A stretch of DNA of 62,375 nucleotides, counting the filler, from Babesia bigemina (taxonomy: Eukaryota): NCBI RefSeq assembly GCF_000981445.1. It is 13 parts of 13 records of this genome, joined end to end, with 100 filler letters (N's around TTAATTAATTAA, not from the genome) between each part and the next. Parts side by side here need not be neighbours in the genome. Positions count along the whole stretch, not along the records: positions 10,641 to 15,850 come from NW_012236908.1; positions 15,951 to 18,874 come from NW_012236909.1; positions 18,975 to 24,953 come from NW_012236910.1; 10 more parts are not named here. The stretch is one strand, 5' to 3'. Every line of letters begins with the position of its first letter. The stretch's first letter is position 1. This document shows positions 13,103 through 25,053 of this stretch, piece after piece. Under the pieces are notes generated by a model, which worked only from the letters and a program-made list of their open reading frames with translations, was not told the origin of the DNA and searched no databases. The translations under genes and the position numbers were made by a program.

Positions 13103-13419
13103 CAAAGCTACATTTAGAACAAGAAAATCAAACGTAATGCACGACTGTGTTCGAAGCCTCCGCAGTGTGTATGCTGATTGCCCGCTACACATACAACATG
13201 CCAACATGATAGACACGCCGCGTAACGACTCTAAATTTAAACACGGCAACAGCCAGTGTGTGTCTCGTGGTACTCGGCGTTTAATACCGTCTCGCTTTGC
13301 ACAGACACGCCTGCAGTCACCTTGGCGACGCTCGGCGATAGCGCAGCGGCCAAAACTCGGCCGTTACGTCGAAAATACAACACTGCCGTTGCACCCGAAC
13401 AACGCGCACGTGGTCACGC

Positions 13420-14364
13420 TTAGTCTGAATCTTCAGAGGGGTCCTCTTCGTCCAGATTCTCGCAGCACTGCACAGTGTTATCAGCAGATGCCAATAACCA
13501 ACCTCGGTGGTGATGGCATCGCGCTTTAGCAAGGCAGCTCGCAAGCTGTGGACGCTTATGTTATCACCTGTCATATATTAAGCAGCCGTTGCCTAACTGC
13601 ACCTTTAAATTCCTCGAAACCGATGAACACATGCTTTATGTTGCCGTCCAACACGCTGATCAGCGTGGGCAGAATTTGCATCTCCAGCTTTTTAGCGAAA
13701 AACGGCGAGTCCGCGGCGGGCATCCTAAGTGAAGATGAAAAGCGGTGCGCCAGTGGTCATAGGATGGAGCCACGCTCACCTGATGAACTTCACTTCCAGA
13801 TGCTTGGCGGCCAGAGTGGTCAGATGGCGGTCCAGAATCTTGCACCTCGTAAACTCCTCGTTATAGAAGTGGCATATCTACGCGACGCTATGGTTGCTGG
13901 AACCGCGCAAAACAAACCACACGCTTGTGAGAGTTGCACGTGTTTATCACTTGCTTTTCGTCAGCCATCGTCTCGACGGACCCGTGGCCCTGCTCCAGAT
14001 AGTCACGGGATTTGTTTCGCATGCGCTGCAAAACTAATGAGACAACAGCATTAACCAAAACCAACCTTGATGGCCGCAAGGCGTTCGCGGCGCCAGTACT
14101 CGAGGTCGTCACGGGGCACATGAACTGCAACGGAGTTAAGACGTAACGCGAATCCACTAACCTGGCTGAGGAGCAGATTCCTCGACTTCAGAAGTTGCTG
14201 TCTGTGTCAGTTCTTGCAAGCACTTCTTCTGCGCAGCCTCCTGACGAAGTGTAAGACCCATCATTTCATTCAGATAGTTAGAACAGAGGCGGCAATGTGC
14301 AAGCTCGACATACCATAAGGTAGGAGGTGTTGGCGAAAGACAACACATCCTTAGAAATCGTCAT
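13420..14364 (-). CDS. Phosducin-like / thioredoxin-domain-containing protein 9 (PhLP3/Plp1 family), about 8 exons
   Basis: Spliced translation MTISKD..DDLEYWRRERLAAIK..QGHGSVETMADEK..ICHFYNEEFTRCKILDRHLTTLAAKHLEVKFIR..SPFFAKKLEMQILPTL..FIGFEEFKG..DEEDPSEDSD*, with canonical short introns. Confidence 0.9.
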
Positions 14365-15131
14365 CGTTATAGTCGTATCAGGAAGATTCTATCAAGTGAA
14401 GGAAGGTTTGTGTTACAACGGAAGCTCAGCAGTGGCTGCGGCGCGACAACATGAAGCAAAATTTCGGCGATAAGAGTCAATAAGATACAAGACGCGCATT
14501 AAACTCGTGCACGCTCTGCCAAACACGACGATGTGATGTCTACAGGGTACGGACGCACGCGGCGTAGACTTAGGTGCACACTGCCGTCTCAATAACGACG
14601 CGTCTGCATGTGAATCCCGTATATAACCGGTATCAGAACCTTAAATAACTTCTGAAATACTATTACTAGCGACTAAGTCGCATAAATACGCATCCAAGTC
14701 GTTAGGCGGAAAGTGTAATCCTGGAAGGTCCGACGGTGTTAGATCATGTTCTTTACGCGTGTGAACACGAAAAAAAAGACGCTTTCGACTCGTATAATAT
14801 TTCTGCTGCACTTTTGTCACGGTAAACCGGAGATAATGAGAATGGTGCGGATTCTGGTCGTCTCGCGCAACGAAGCAGCGTAGAAGACGGCGACGAAAAG
14901 TGGCACCCAGTGTGCAGCCACAATACGGCTATGCATCCGACAACTATCACGTAGGACACCCAAAGGTACTAGCAGCGTCTGATTTGCGATAGGCCGGGTG
15001 GGATATAAGTCTGTACGGCGGCTACAGAGGGTAGATGCACTCCACCACATAAGCGCCAATATAAGTAACACCTTAACATAATACAGCCTTCCTCTCGGAA
15101 AGCGTATCTCCAACAACATAATTTGCACATA

Positions 15132-15850
15132 ATGGACGTACCGGAAGATAGCGGCAACCTGCTGATTGCCGAGGCGCAGCAAATGGCGGACGAAAAGCGG
15201 CTGGAAGGCAACCGCCATTTCGCAGACGCTGATTACTCAGGCGCCATAGAGTTCTACACACATGCCATTCATTTATTGAGATGCGCGGTGGAAGCCGACT
15301 CCGACGCTGAGAATGGCGCCGACGAGGGCAGCTACGCGTCGTTGTATGCGCAAACAAACATCCACCAGCTGTACACAAACAGGGCACTTTGCCACGTCAG
15401 GATGGAAAATTATGGTAAAGTGCCTACCGAAGCTATACACAGCGCTTAGGGCTCGCCGTGCTGGATGCGGACATAGCCATTCAGATGCAGCCTGGCTACT
15501 CCAAAGCGTACTACCGACGTGGCTGTGCCTACCTCTGCCTCATGAAGTTCAAGGAAGCGGAAAAAGGTGAGCAGAGTTTACCATAAGCGCATGTACACAA
15601 CCTTTGTGATACCTAAATCACACGTCATTAGCGGCAGCATTACACGGCTGCCTTCACCCACGGAACCCCCGTGCCGACAGTAATGCGCCGTTCTCACCGT
15701 TATGCAGACTTCGCCAAGGTCCTGTCTATACAGAATGATGCGCTCACTCGCACCAAGCTCATGCAATGCCGTGCGATGCTAAGGGAGAAGCAATTCCAGG
15801 AGGCCATCATGATCGGTGAGTTAGCCGCAAAACAACCGCACCTCGGCACT
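15132..15850 (+). CDS. PP5: Serine/threonine protein phosphatase 5, N-terminal TPR region (truncated by contig end)
   Basis: ADEKRLEGNRHF..YSGAIEFYTHAI..LYTNRALCHVRMENYG|LAVLDADIAIQMQPGYSKAYYRRGCAYL..FKEA|DFAKVL..KLMQCRAMLREKQFQEAI matches the PP5 TPR1-3 and following helix. Confidence 0.85.
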
Positions 15851-16235
15851 NNNNNNNNNNNNNNNNNNNNNNNNNNNNNNNNNNNNNNNNNNNNTTAATT
15901 AATTAANNNNNNNNNNNNNNNNNNNNNNNNNNNNNNNNNNNNNNNNNNNNAAAAACTAACAAAGCACTGCTAGGGTGTCTCTAGCATACTGTCATGGGTC
16001 GAATAGGCTCAATGTGTGGGTCAAGAGACCCTTAACTGACGCGCTGGACAGCCAGATACGCACCGGACACGTACCACAATCCGCGAATCGAGCTTTATTT
16101 GACTGCATTGCTTGTTACAATATCTGCGCACAATACCGCCATCGGCTTTGTGAAATCATGCATTTCGTGGAATGCGGTGTCCACGCTACACAGCGTTTGC
16201 CACGTTGAAGACGACGACAACGACGCGAGGTGCCA

Positions 16236-18874
16236 TTATTGGCATATGCGGAGCGGGTCGCGCCATTTCCAGTGCAACTGATTAATCTCGCGCTCCATGA
16301 GATCGGTCACGCCGAGGCACGGGTTCAAGCAGTGCAGATTCTCGCGTAACTGGTACATGTCGTTCACCCCAATAATCTGGCACAAGCATAACGGCGATCT
16401 GGCAAGCTACTTACCGTGCTGCAAATGAACGGACGTGTTAACACCCAACGCATAGCAAGGGCGCACAAATTAGGGTACTTGTAGGACATCGCTATGTCGT
16501 AATACTCCTTCACAGCACGTGCAGCCAGCGAGCCGCTGCGCATCGTTACTCACGCCGATCCTCAACTCACCGATAACGTTTCATGTATGACGGGTAACGC
16601 AACAAACGACCGGATGTGGTGGTGTCCACGTATTCCAAATATTTACCGGTCAGCACGCCGCCAGCCAGAGGGCCGTACGCCAGAATGCCAATGCCTGCAA
16701 CAGCTAAATCGCATTGAAACGGCTCAAATAACCTGTGTTGTGCGGGCGGCATAGCTCCACAAAGCCCTTCTCAACATCGTTTCGGCAAAGCAGGTTGTAG
16801 TTCAACTGCACTGAAACGGGACCCTCAATACCTGCCTCTTTGGCCAGCTGGGTGAATCGCAACACCCCCCAAGGGGTCTCGTTCGACAGGCCCCAGTGGC
16901 GAATCTAAACCACATGTTGCAAATACAAATGCTAGTAGCACACCTTTCCCTGAGAAATAAGCGTTCGAATTGCGTCCACTTGCTCCTCCATCGGCACCGA
17001 ATCACTGCTCTCCGCACGCTGCGCATATACGGTGCACCCCTCTGAATACAGTAAACCAACCTCAGCATCGAATAACACGTCGCTGAAATCGCCGCTCTCA
17101 TGCATTGGCACGTAGCGGTCCGGCCAATGCAGCTGGAGCAGGTCGATATAATCGGTCTTCAGACGCGACAAACAGCCATCAACCGCCCTTATTATGTGTG
17201 ATTTAGACAGTTCACAGGCGCTAAAAATGCGTGACTGGCATAATAGTAAGAAAACTCACCTGGGGCGTAGCCACGATAAATGTGGGCTGCGACTTGCGAT
17301 CTTCGTAGCCAGCACCATCTTCGATCTCTCTAAAGGTCCACGTCGCGAAATCCACCTGCCCAGGAACGACTCGCATACCCCGTGACTATCCTCAGACGCA
17401 GGCAAAGGATATAGTTCGGAGGTGTCCTGCATAGAGATGAGCATTGACGCGCAACAACTAACGATGAAATTTACTCCAAATTCGTCAAACGCAAAGTCCA
17501 GCAGACGTGCAGCACACGCCTCATCTACAGTGTTGCCAAACGTCATTGTGCCCAAGCAAATATCAGAAACCACCAAATCGCCTTTGCCAAGTCGGCGATA
17601 ACGTACAATGGCGCCAGACTGATGCTCACGTGTTGAAACCGTCTTCCAAAAGTTTTGGTAGGTTTGCAAGTAACCGAAGGGGGCTTTCGATTTCGACGAT
17701 TCCAGGGCGTGGTCACGGTCCATGTTACGCATTTTTATATTCAACACATCATCCAGCTTGGGCAACCGGAAAACGCCCGTGTCTAACGGTTTACGTGGAA
17801 AGAAATGGGTCACATTCTGTGGAACATTAAAGAAATCAACCGGCACGAAAGGTTTGTACTTAGAAACACATTCGGCGCGGATTGGCCTTATGCCAGAAGC
17901 AGTTAATTCGTATAACTCCAAAGCGCCCTTCCCATCAAAAGATGACGCTCGCTGGCGCGTAGATTTCTCATACGTCCACGTGTAATTGCGCTCAGAGTCG
18001 TGCAACACAGTGACGTACTCGTACCCATCTATGTCGCTGCGGTGCTCAACTACTCGCACATTCGGCAGATACGACGCCAGTGCGCCTGGCAATGCCAACC
18101 ATCTGGTGCTGTCTTCCAAAAATGGAATGCGATGATGAATTGAATTGTCTAGCATAGAAGCTGCTTCTATGGAACCTGGTTCGAAACAACCCATTAACTT
18201 AATACGATTGGCTTCATCAATGAACCATGGTAGACCTAAGCCGCATTGACGAACCTCAATCTCGCAACCGTGCACATTAATCCGCGTTATCTTCGCACGA
18301 GATATGCGCTCATAGAAGTCGAAATCGGTTGGGATGGATGGAAAACGATGTTTATACTTCTCCCAAAGCTCACTCAACACTGAAGATGGTAACTCCTGGG
18401 GGGTATCCGTCAAAACGGCATCTTTAGCGTCGGAATACAATTTTCTTATTACTCCGTCGCCCGTGTCAGGATTTCCCCACTCAATAGTATCACCACGAAG
18501 GCCGAAGCGATGCCTAATAAAGGGAATGCGTAGTCCAGACAAGATCGATACTTGATGCAACCCTAAAAAGTTATAACATGGCAATCAAATGCTTCACAAT
18601 GATGGAGCACGGCACATATATACTTAGCAATTGTCCCCATTCCTCGTAAACGCCGTAACAGGTTGGTTTCGCGGGCAACGGGGTCAAGGTGCAGCTAGCA
18701 GAGTGGCATACATTAGTGCTGCACCGGTACAAGGTGCGGCTGACAGTGCAGACACCCACCTGGCCATGGTCCGCTGCAATTAGGGACCTTCAGACGCACG
18801 GAAGGCAGGACGCAAGGCTCCACAACCTCGCGAACTGCACGGCGGCGCTCATGCGGGACACACGTGCCGAGGAA
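16236..18874 (-). CDS. Aldo/keto reductase (Tas-like) with long N-terminal extension; multi-exon, 5' end cut by contig end
   Basis: YRRLGKGDLVVSDICLGTMTFG, GVNFI|DTSELYP, RLKTDYIDLLQLHWPDR, ILAYGPLAGGVLTGKY, ALAMRWVLTRPFICST|IIGVNDMYQLRENL; stop at 16236. Confidence 0.92.
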
Positions 18875-20229
18875 NNNNNNNNNNNNNNNNNNNNNNNNNN
18901 NNNNNNNNNNNNNNNNNNTTAATTAATTAANNNNNNNNNNNNNNNNNNNNNNNNNNNNNNNNNNNNNNNNNNNNACGCAGCGTTGCTGTCGCAGTTGGTG
19001 TATATCGCACTGTGTGTAGTTTGAGTAATGATTGCTCATCATCTGCGGTGTGCTGAGGCGAGTCCACATGCCGTACAATGAAACGGTGGCTCAACCATGG
19101 CCAACGTAAGGGGTGGATAATGCAGCATGTATAACGGGACACAAGCTGCGAACGGAACGATGGATGTAGGGTATATGTATCGTGAATAGAATGAAAGGAT
19201 AAAGCTGGAGCAGTTAGGCTGAACAACGGACGAATTACCGCAGCCTCAAGATGCTTGTAGTCAATGCGTAGGCCTTGTGGCACGCAGATTAGACACCTGC
19301 ATGAAACCACGACACATGAATGTGTGGTTCGGACATTAAACTCGGCGTTGATTAACGCGCGACATGATTAAGCGCGCTTTAAACATGGACTATGTCGTTG
19401 CTCAACGCAACTACGGACAACAATCATCGCTGGCCGTGGCACGACGCAGATTGCGATCCGGCGAAAGCAAACGACCGTAATCGATGGTCACTATAAGGTG
19501 CTGCACTGGCAACCGGGGAGCTGTGGAACTGTCCAGGCAGCAACGTGAAGAATCGCAGCACGCAGCATCACCCATAAAACCGGACTTGGCGCCGAAAAAT
19601 CACCGTAACAAAAAATACGGCGTAACACTTGATTTATTATTTGTACAGATACGCATGGAAATTCGCTTTCGTGGCGTTGCGCCGAACAACACGGATAAAG
19701 ACACGTTGCATCATTCCACCTTAAATACGCCTCGTAGTGGTATATTCCCGTGCGATTTTTGATTCAGACGTCACATTTCATATTTTAACTGGAGTGTTCG
19801 TTGTATGTGCACAATATATTGTGTATTCTGGGTCGTACAGTCGCTGCACATACACACACGTACGAGTAAGGTGCATAAAGCCCGGATTCTTGCGATATAG
19901 TCGTCACCGATTGGACTGTGCGTGTTACCTCTGCTATAGTGAGCGTTTAAAAACTGGTATCAAACTTCTCTCGGCGCTGCTGGAAAAGTGGACGTAGTCG
20001 GTATCCGCCCCGACGTCCGACAGTAGCACCGACTGCGAAAATCTGCGGGAGCCTCCTCGTCCGATTGAAGCGGTTGGTGGAAATGTCAAGCATAAGATGG
20101 TGTCCATGGGGGGCGAGGTGTACCCCCGCTTTTTGCCTGTTGCCTGCAGCCAGGGTTGTCTGACGCATTAACGCGGAGCACCCACAAGCATACGATATAC
20201 AGGGCATTCGCAAACATTGGAACGACGAA

Positions 20230-20436
20230 ATGGCATCTGTTTTCATCAGCACATTATCTCTATACTTGACTGTAATAATCTATGCTCTTTCTAATGTGTC
20301 AGTAGCGGTAGGGTTACAAAAATATGGAAAGAAGGATCTCGGATCGGCATTATTCTTCATCGGTTCAGTGTCGTTCTTTGTTGGTTCATTGGCGTACGTA
20401 ATCGTTCCATTTATTACACCGCCATCTGGCGCTTGA
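20230..20436 (+). CDS. Putative small two-TM membrane protein (68 aa)
   Basis: ATG in an A-rich context; two hydrophobic segments separated by QKYGKKD; no homology recognised. Confidence 0.35.
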   Translation: MASVFISTLSLYLTVIIYALSNVSVAVGLQKYGKKDLGSALFFIGSVSFFVGSLAYVIVPFITPPSGA

Positions 20437-21170
20437 TGCATTTCTGGCTACAGGAGTCAAATCCACAATATTCGATGGTTTATCGAATGCATAGGCACCT
20501 AGATAACTGGAAGTTGTTTTCAAACTGCATTGTGTTGACCTATTAAACGAAAGAAGAATCTCAATGGTGTGATGTGCCAAAAAGGTGAGCAGAGAATGGC
20601 TATGCGATGCACATAAGTGGCGTCAAGCGCTGACGCGTCTCGTCCATGCCGGGTTGGCTATGCGGTTTGCAAGCTTTAAATGATGGCAGTTCAGTGGAGA
20701 CTTGCCATAGTACCGTGATCAATCGAATGACGCCGCCAAATTTGTGTTTCGGTTGTGACCCACGCACCGTCCAAGGAAAACGTGCAACAATTGTAAGAGT
20801 AGGTGGGTGCTGTTTGACATTTCAAGGGTAACCGCCGTACCCATGAGATACCATACACAACAAGTATAGGCAATACGTGCATCAACTGCCCGACTATCAT
20901 TGCGTTGGAGTCAAAGGAGTCGAGAAACTAAAGGTGTGAATACCAGAAAGTCGACGGAAGCAAGGTTGGAGCGATAAGTCGAATAAATGCTGATGATTTG
21001 TTATGCATGTCGATTCGCATTATGGCTAATATGAAAGCTCGCTGTGCGGGCAATAACCACAGGCGAACCGATTTCTAAATGTCTACTAGTACACGCAGAC
21101 AAACAAATAGTAAAATACCTCGTATATGGCGCAGGTACGCATTTATGCAATCGTAAAATGAGTCGTACAA

Positions 21171-21557
21171 CCCCATTCCCTGTAAACGCCGTAACATTCT
21201 GGTTTCGCGGGCAACGGGGTCAAGGTGCAGCTAGCAGAGTGGCATACATTAGTGCTGCACCGGTACGAGGTGCGGCTGACAGTGCAGACACCCACCTGGC
21301 CATAGTCCGCTGCAATTAGGGACCTTCAGACGCACAGAAGGCAGGACGCAAGGCTCCAAAACCTCGCGAACTGCACGGCGGCGCTCATGCGGGACACACG
21401 TGCCGAGGAAGCAGAAGCCACCGAATTGGCGCACGCATATCGCGCTTACACATGACAGCAACAGGCACAATGCGCTCAAACAAAGCGTCAAATGCCGCAC
21501 GGAAGGACGGTGGCATGTGGAAGGCAACACGGCGGTGCGCAGACACACCGGCCGCAT
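21171..21557 (-). other. Second copy of the aldo-keto reductase 5' region, with a signal-peptide-like segment
   Basis: 21171-21410 is ~96% identical to 18635-18874. ORF 21249-21557 has RHLTLCLSALCLLLSCVSA followed by an Arg-containing stretch. Confidence 0.7.
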
Positions 21558-21808
21558 CCTAACGCGCTCCCGGTCCTACATCGCAGAACACAACAGCAGT
21601 GCGCAAATAATATCGAGAAGTAGTCGCCAGGTCCTGCTCACGCGATAACGCGGCCAGCACGAACGCCGACAGGGGCCACACACTCGCGCTACAAGCACGC
21701 ACATCCCAAACGCCGCGGTGCCGGCGTACCGCAAATCGCAAACATCATACACTCACAGACATCGCAGAGAAAATATATCGGGTGGCTATACTCAATATCG
21801 CCACCGAA

Positions 21809-22984
21809 ATGGTCGCAAAAGATAGGAAGGCACTCAGCATCCAGCACATCGACTTCTTGCAACTTCCAGAGGCGGACACTAGCACGGTCAAAATAGGCGA
21901 AACACTGTTGCACGCAAAATGTAGAATCGATGGTAGAGGCGTCAACCAATGTAGATCTCTTCGTGTTAAGACATATTCGAAGCCCGGGCACGTAGGTTTA
22001 TGACTGACGTTCATTGACGCAACGACTTAACCGAATGTCGTGGAGTTTCATATATATATAATCGTCATTGTGATGCAAGATTAACGCAACGCAGGTGTAT
22101 CTTTCACTAGGCAACACCGATGTGTTCGTAGCAGTCAACGGTGAAATATCTGAGCCCAACCTGGAGAGGCCGAATGAAGGAACACTCGCTTTTTACGTGG
22201 AGGTCGCGCCAATGTGTTCACAAGTTTACGAGCCTGGCAGGCAAACAGAGCATGAGCTTCAGATATTGCAAATACTAGAAAAGGCGTTCAAGGATTCCGG
22301 TGCCGTCGACGTGGAGTCTCTATGCATAGTAGTGGGAAGATATGTGAGTAACAAAACACCAGTCAAACATTCAAACGTAGGTATGGTCTCTCAGGATTGA
22401 CGTGAGCGTTCAACAAAATGACGGGAACCTTCAAGACGCTTGCGTACTCGCGGTTCTGGCTGCGCTGATGACATTCAGAAAACCGGTAGGTTGCCTGCGG
22501 TTACGCGCGCTTATATCGCGCAGGATACTTGTCCTTCAGCAGGTGATGCTGACGCCATTCAGCTTAACGCATATTACACGTCGCCGCTAAGGTATGGGCT
22601 CCGCATCAGACGTCTCCATCATGCGCAGCATGTATCACACGCCAATACACGTGTCCGTCGGATTATTGGAAGATGCAGAGCATTGTATCGTCGACACAAA
22701 CTCGTTTGAAGAACTATTCGTTAATACGCATGTAAGAACGCAATCAATATCGCACAAATCCGCGCCTTAGGTATCGCTCCTGTTCAACAATTTCGGGGAC
22801 CTATTCGCAGTGCAGAAGCACGGCGGAGGTGCAGTAACGTTGGAACGGATTGAACAAGCAATAGAAGTACGTTTTGGCGATTGTATATCAACTTAATCAG
22901 GTTGGGAGACAAACGGCAGTTGACCTATACAAGACCATGGCGGCACAGGTGTCAAAGACATGCACTATGAAGGCGGTTGTATGA
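21809..22984 (+). CDS. RRP45: Exosome complex RNase PH-like subunit RRP45 (EXOSC9), multi-exon
   Basis: RIDGRGVNQCRSL, LGNTDVFVAVNGEISEPNLERPNEG, DSGAVDVESLCIVVGRY|VWSLRIDVSVQQNDGNLQDACVLAVLAALMTFRKP, YHTPIHVS, QKHGG. A paralogous RNase PH subunit is not fully excluded. Confidence 0.85.
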
Positions 22985-23613
22985 TCGATCCGCTTCGTCG
23001 CTACCCTCGGATGTCGTTCACAATGCAGTTTCGATTGTGCAAATGCCATCACTGTGGTGCAGTTCGTTTTATATCAACGTCCACTCTGTCATTCCAGTGA
23101 CAATTCAACTTGGACTAAACATATAGTCTTAGAGTAGCAAACGTCACAGGTAACGGCATCAATTCCTTTACAATTGTCATTTGCGGAATTTTGTCCACGT
23201 GTGCCTTACAACTCTGGCTGACAACGACGCTCAGCTGTAACAATACTTCTCGTACATTTGAACCGAAAGTCGCCGTCCTATTTGACCAGACGACTTCAAG
23301 AAGTCTCCAATGCTTTCAGACATATAACCGCCGGTTGTGATACCGGGATATGATACAAGTGTTGTGAGTCGTCGAATTTTATTGAAATTTTTTAAGTTCG
23401 TCAAAATTCATACGTGTGGCTGGGGCCGACGCTCTTTTTTACAAGGCTACTGCCTCACGCTCATGACGCAGATGACGAGGATTATGACGGCGGCGATGGC
23501 GATGATGTAAGGGGCAGGTGTCATGGTTAATTCACTCCTCATGTGATTGGTCATCAACTCAATCACTACTCTGTCTAGACATTAGATATCAGTTGCCAGT
23601 TAGGTTAGTGTGA

Positions 23614-24099
23614 TCAGCTGCGCAGTAGATACCGCACCCTGTGGAACGGCCGGATGCGGAAGTAGACCATGACGCAGATGACGACGATGATGAGAGCGAC
23701 GGGGACGGCGGCGATGATGATGGGAAGGATGGCGGGGGATGACGTCGAGTCATCGGTGAGCTGCTGTTGACTGGCAGTGTGAGGATCTGCACGGGAGGAG
23801 GTGTAGTGACCGGGGGACTGTGCGGCACTGCAGTTAGTAACTTGTTCACTTGAACACTTCTTTTTACAACACTCACATTGACATGTAGACTCTTTGCCTC
23901 TACATTTGGTATTACAATCGAAAGTTTCGCATTTGTAACTCGGGTCTGCGTATGTAGTGCGCTTAAGGTAATGTGGCTTACATCCCTTGCAATTACCGTT
24001 ATTCTTACATTTTTTACAACACCACGGACAACAAATACAGCTAATACCCATTACACATCCAGTATCACATTCACAATCGTGCCTCAGCAACCCCGACAT
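23614..24099 (-). CDS. Small Cys-rich single-pass membrane protein, copy 1
   Basis: CxCxxGC..CxCCPWCCxxC..C..C..CxCxCC..C, S/T/Q stalk, TM LPIIIAAVPVALIIVVICVMVYF, tail RIRPFHRV; paralog at 49908-50342. Confidence 0.75.
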   Translation of the reverse strand: MSGLLRHDCECDTGCVMGISCICCPWCCKKCKNNGNCKGCKPHYLKRTTYADPSYKCETFDCNTKCRGKESTCQCECCKKKCSSEQVTNCSAAQSPGHYTSSRADPHTASQQQLTDDSTSSPAILPIIIAAVPVALIIVVICVMVYFRIRPFHRVRYLLRS

Positions 24100-24953
24100 C
24101 TTCCCGCTCCCCTCCCAGTCCCCTCAACGTGCAAACATATGTCAATCACTTAAGCAACGCACTCACCGACCACTCATGAACACGCACCTCAGCAACGCAC
24201 TCACCAACCTACAACATGAACACGCGCCTAAGCAACGCACACTGACCGTCGCCCATCTGCGCTCCGAACAACCGGATGGGCGCCATTCGGCGCACAGGCA
24301 GCCACTTCGCTACTATGCAGCTATCACAACATCAAAACGTTATAAGCTACGCATGTGGATGATATCCCTGCCGTGGCATGCAGTTAAACCGGTGCCAGTA
24401 GGACAGTCCATTTTGCATCACAGACAACGCCAACCCTGTAACAGCCTGCAAGTGCCGTGATGTTTGTGCTTTGTGAAGCAACGCTGTACACTAAAGCACA
24501 TTCAGCGAAGTCACCACTTACTGTCATGCCTACTACAAACTCCCCGTTGCCGTGCCACCCAGTCGCCACCCCGTCGGATTGCCCCGGCATCAGCCACCAT
24601 CTCTACCAACGGTGCCAATCCGTTGGTTGTACACGGAATCAATCGTTAGATGATACGGTATGGTGGCGCGGTATGTAGGCCATTCCTTAAGCCAGGACGG
24701 CAGTCGTCAGACAGCAACATAGAACAACACCCACCACGTCCACAGTCCACCCTGTCACACATCCTTGGTTAGGTCCCCATGACGCTCAAAAAACGTTTTA
24801 CAAACGTATGAGTAACTTTTATCATGAGGTCAACACGCATCACCAACTCAGTTTTACGTCTGGCGTCCAGGCCGCCGGGGGGAGTGCATTAGGGTTTCGG
24901 CTGGGTGAGGTGTACTGCACCGAAGCAGTGACGGGGGTTGGGGGAGTTATCGT
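24100..24953 (-). promoter_or_regulatory. Conserved upstream module of the Cys-rich TM gene (putative 5' UTR with mini-introns plus promoter)
   Basis: Collinear similarity with 50343-51432, including a perfectly conserved core GACCGTCGCCCATCTGCGCTCCGAACAACCGGATGGGCGCCATTCGGCGCACAGGCAGCCACTTCGCTACTATGCA. Confidence 0.55.
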
Positions 24954-25053
24954 NNNNNNNNNNNNNNNNNNNNNNNNNNNNNNNNNNNNNNNNNNNNTTA
25001 ATTAATTAANNNNNNNNNNNNNNNNNNNNNNNNNNNNNNNNNNNNNNNNNNNN

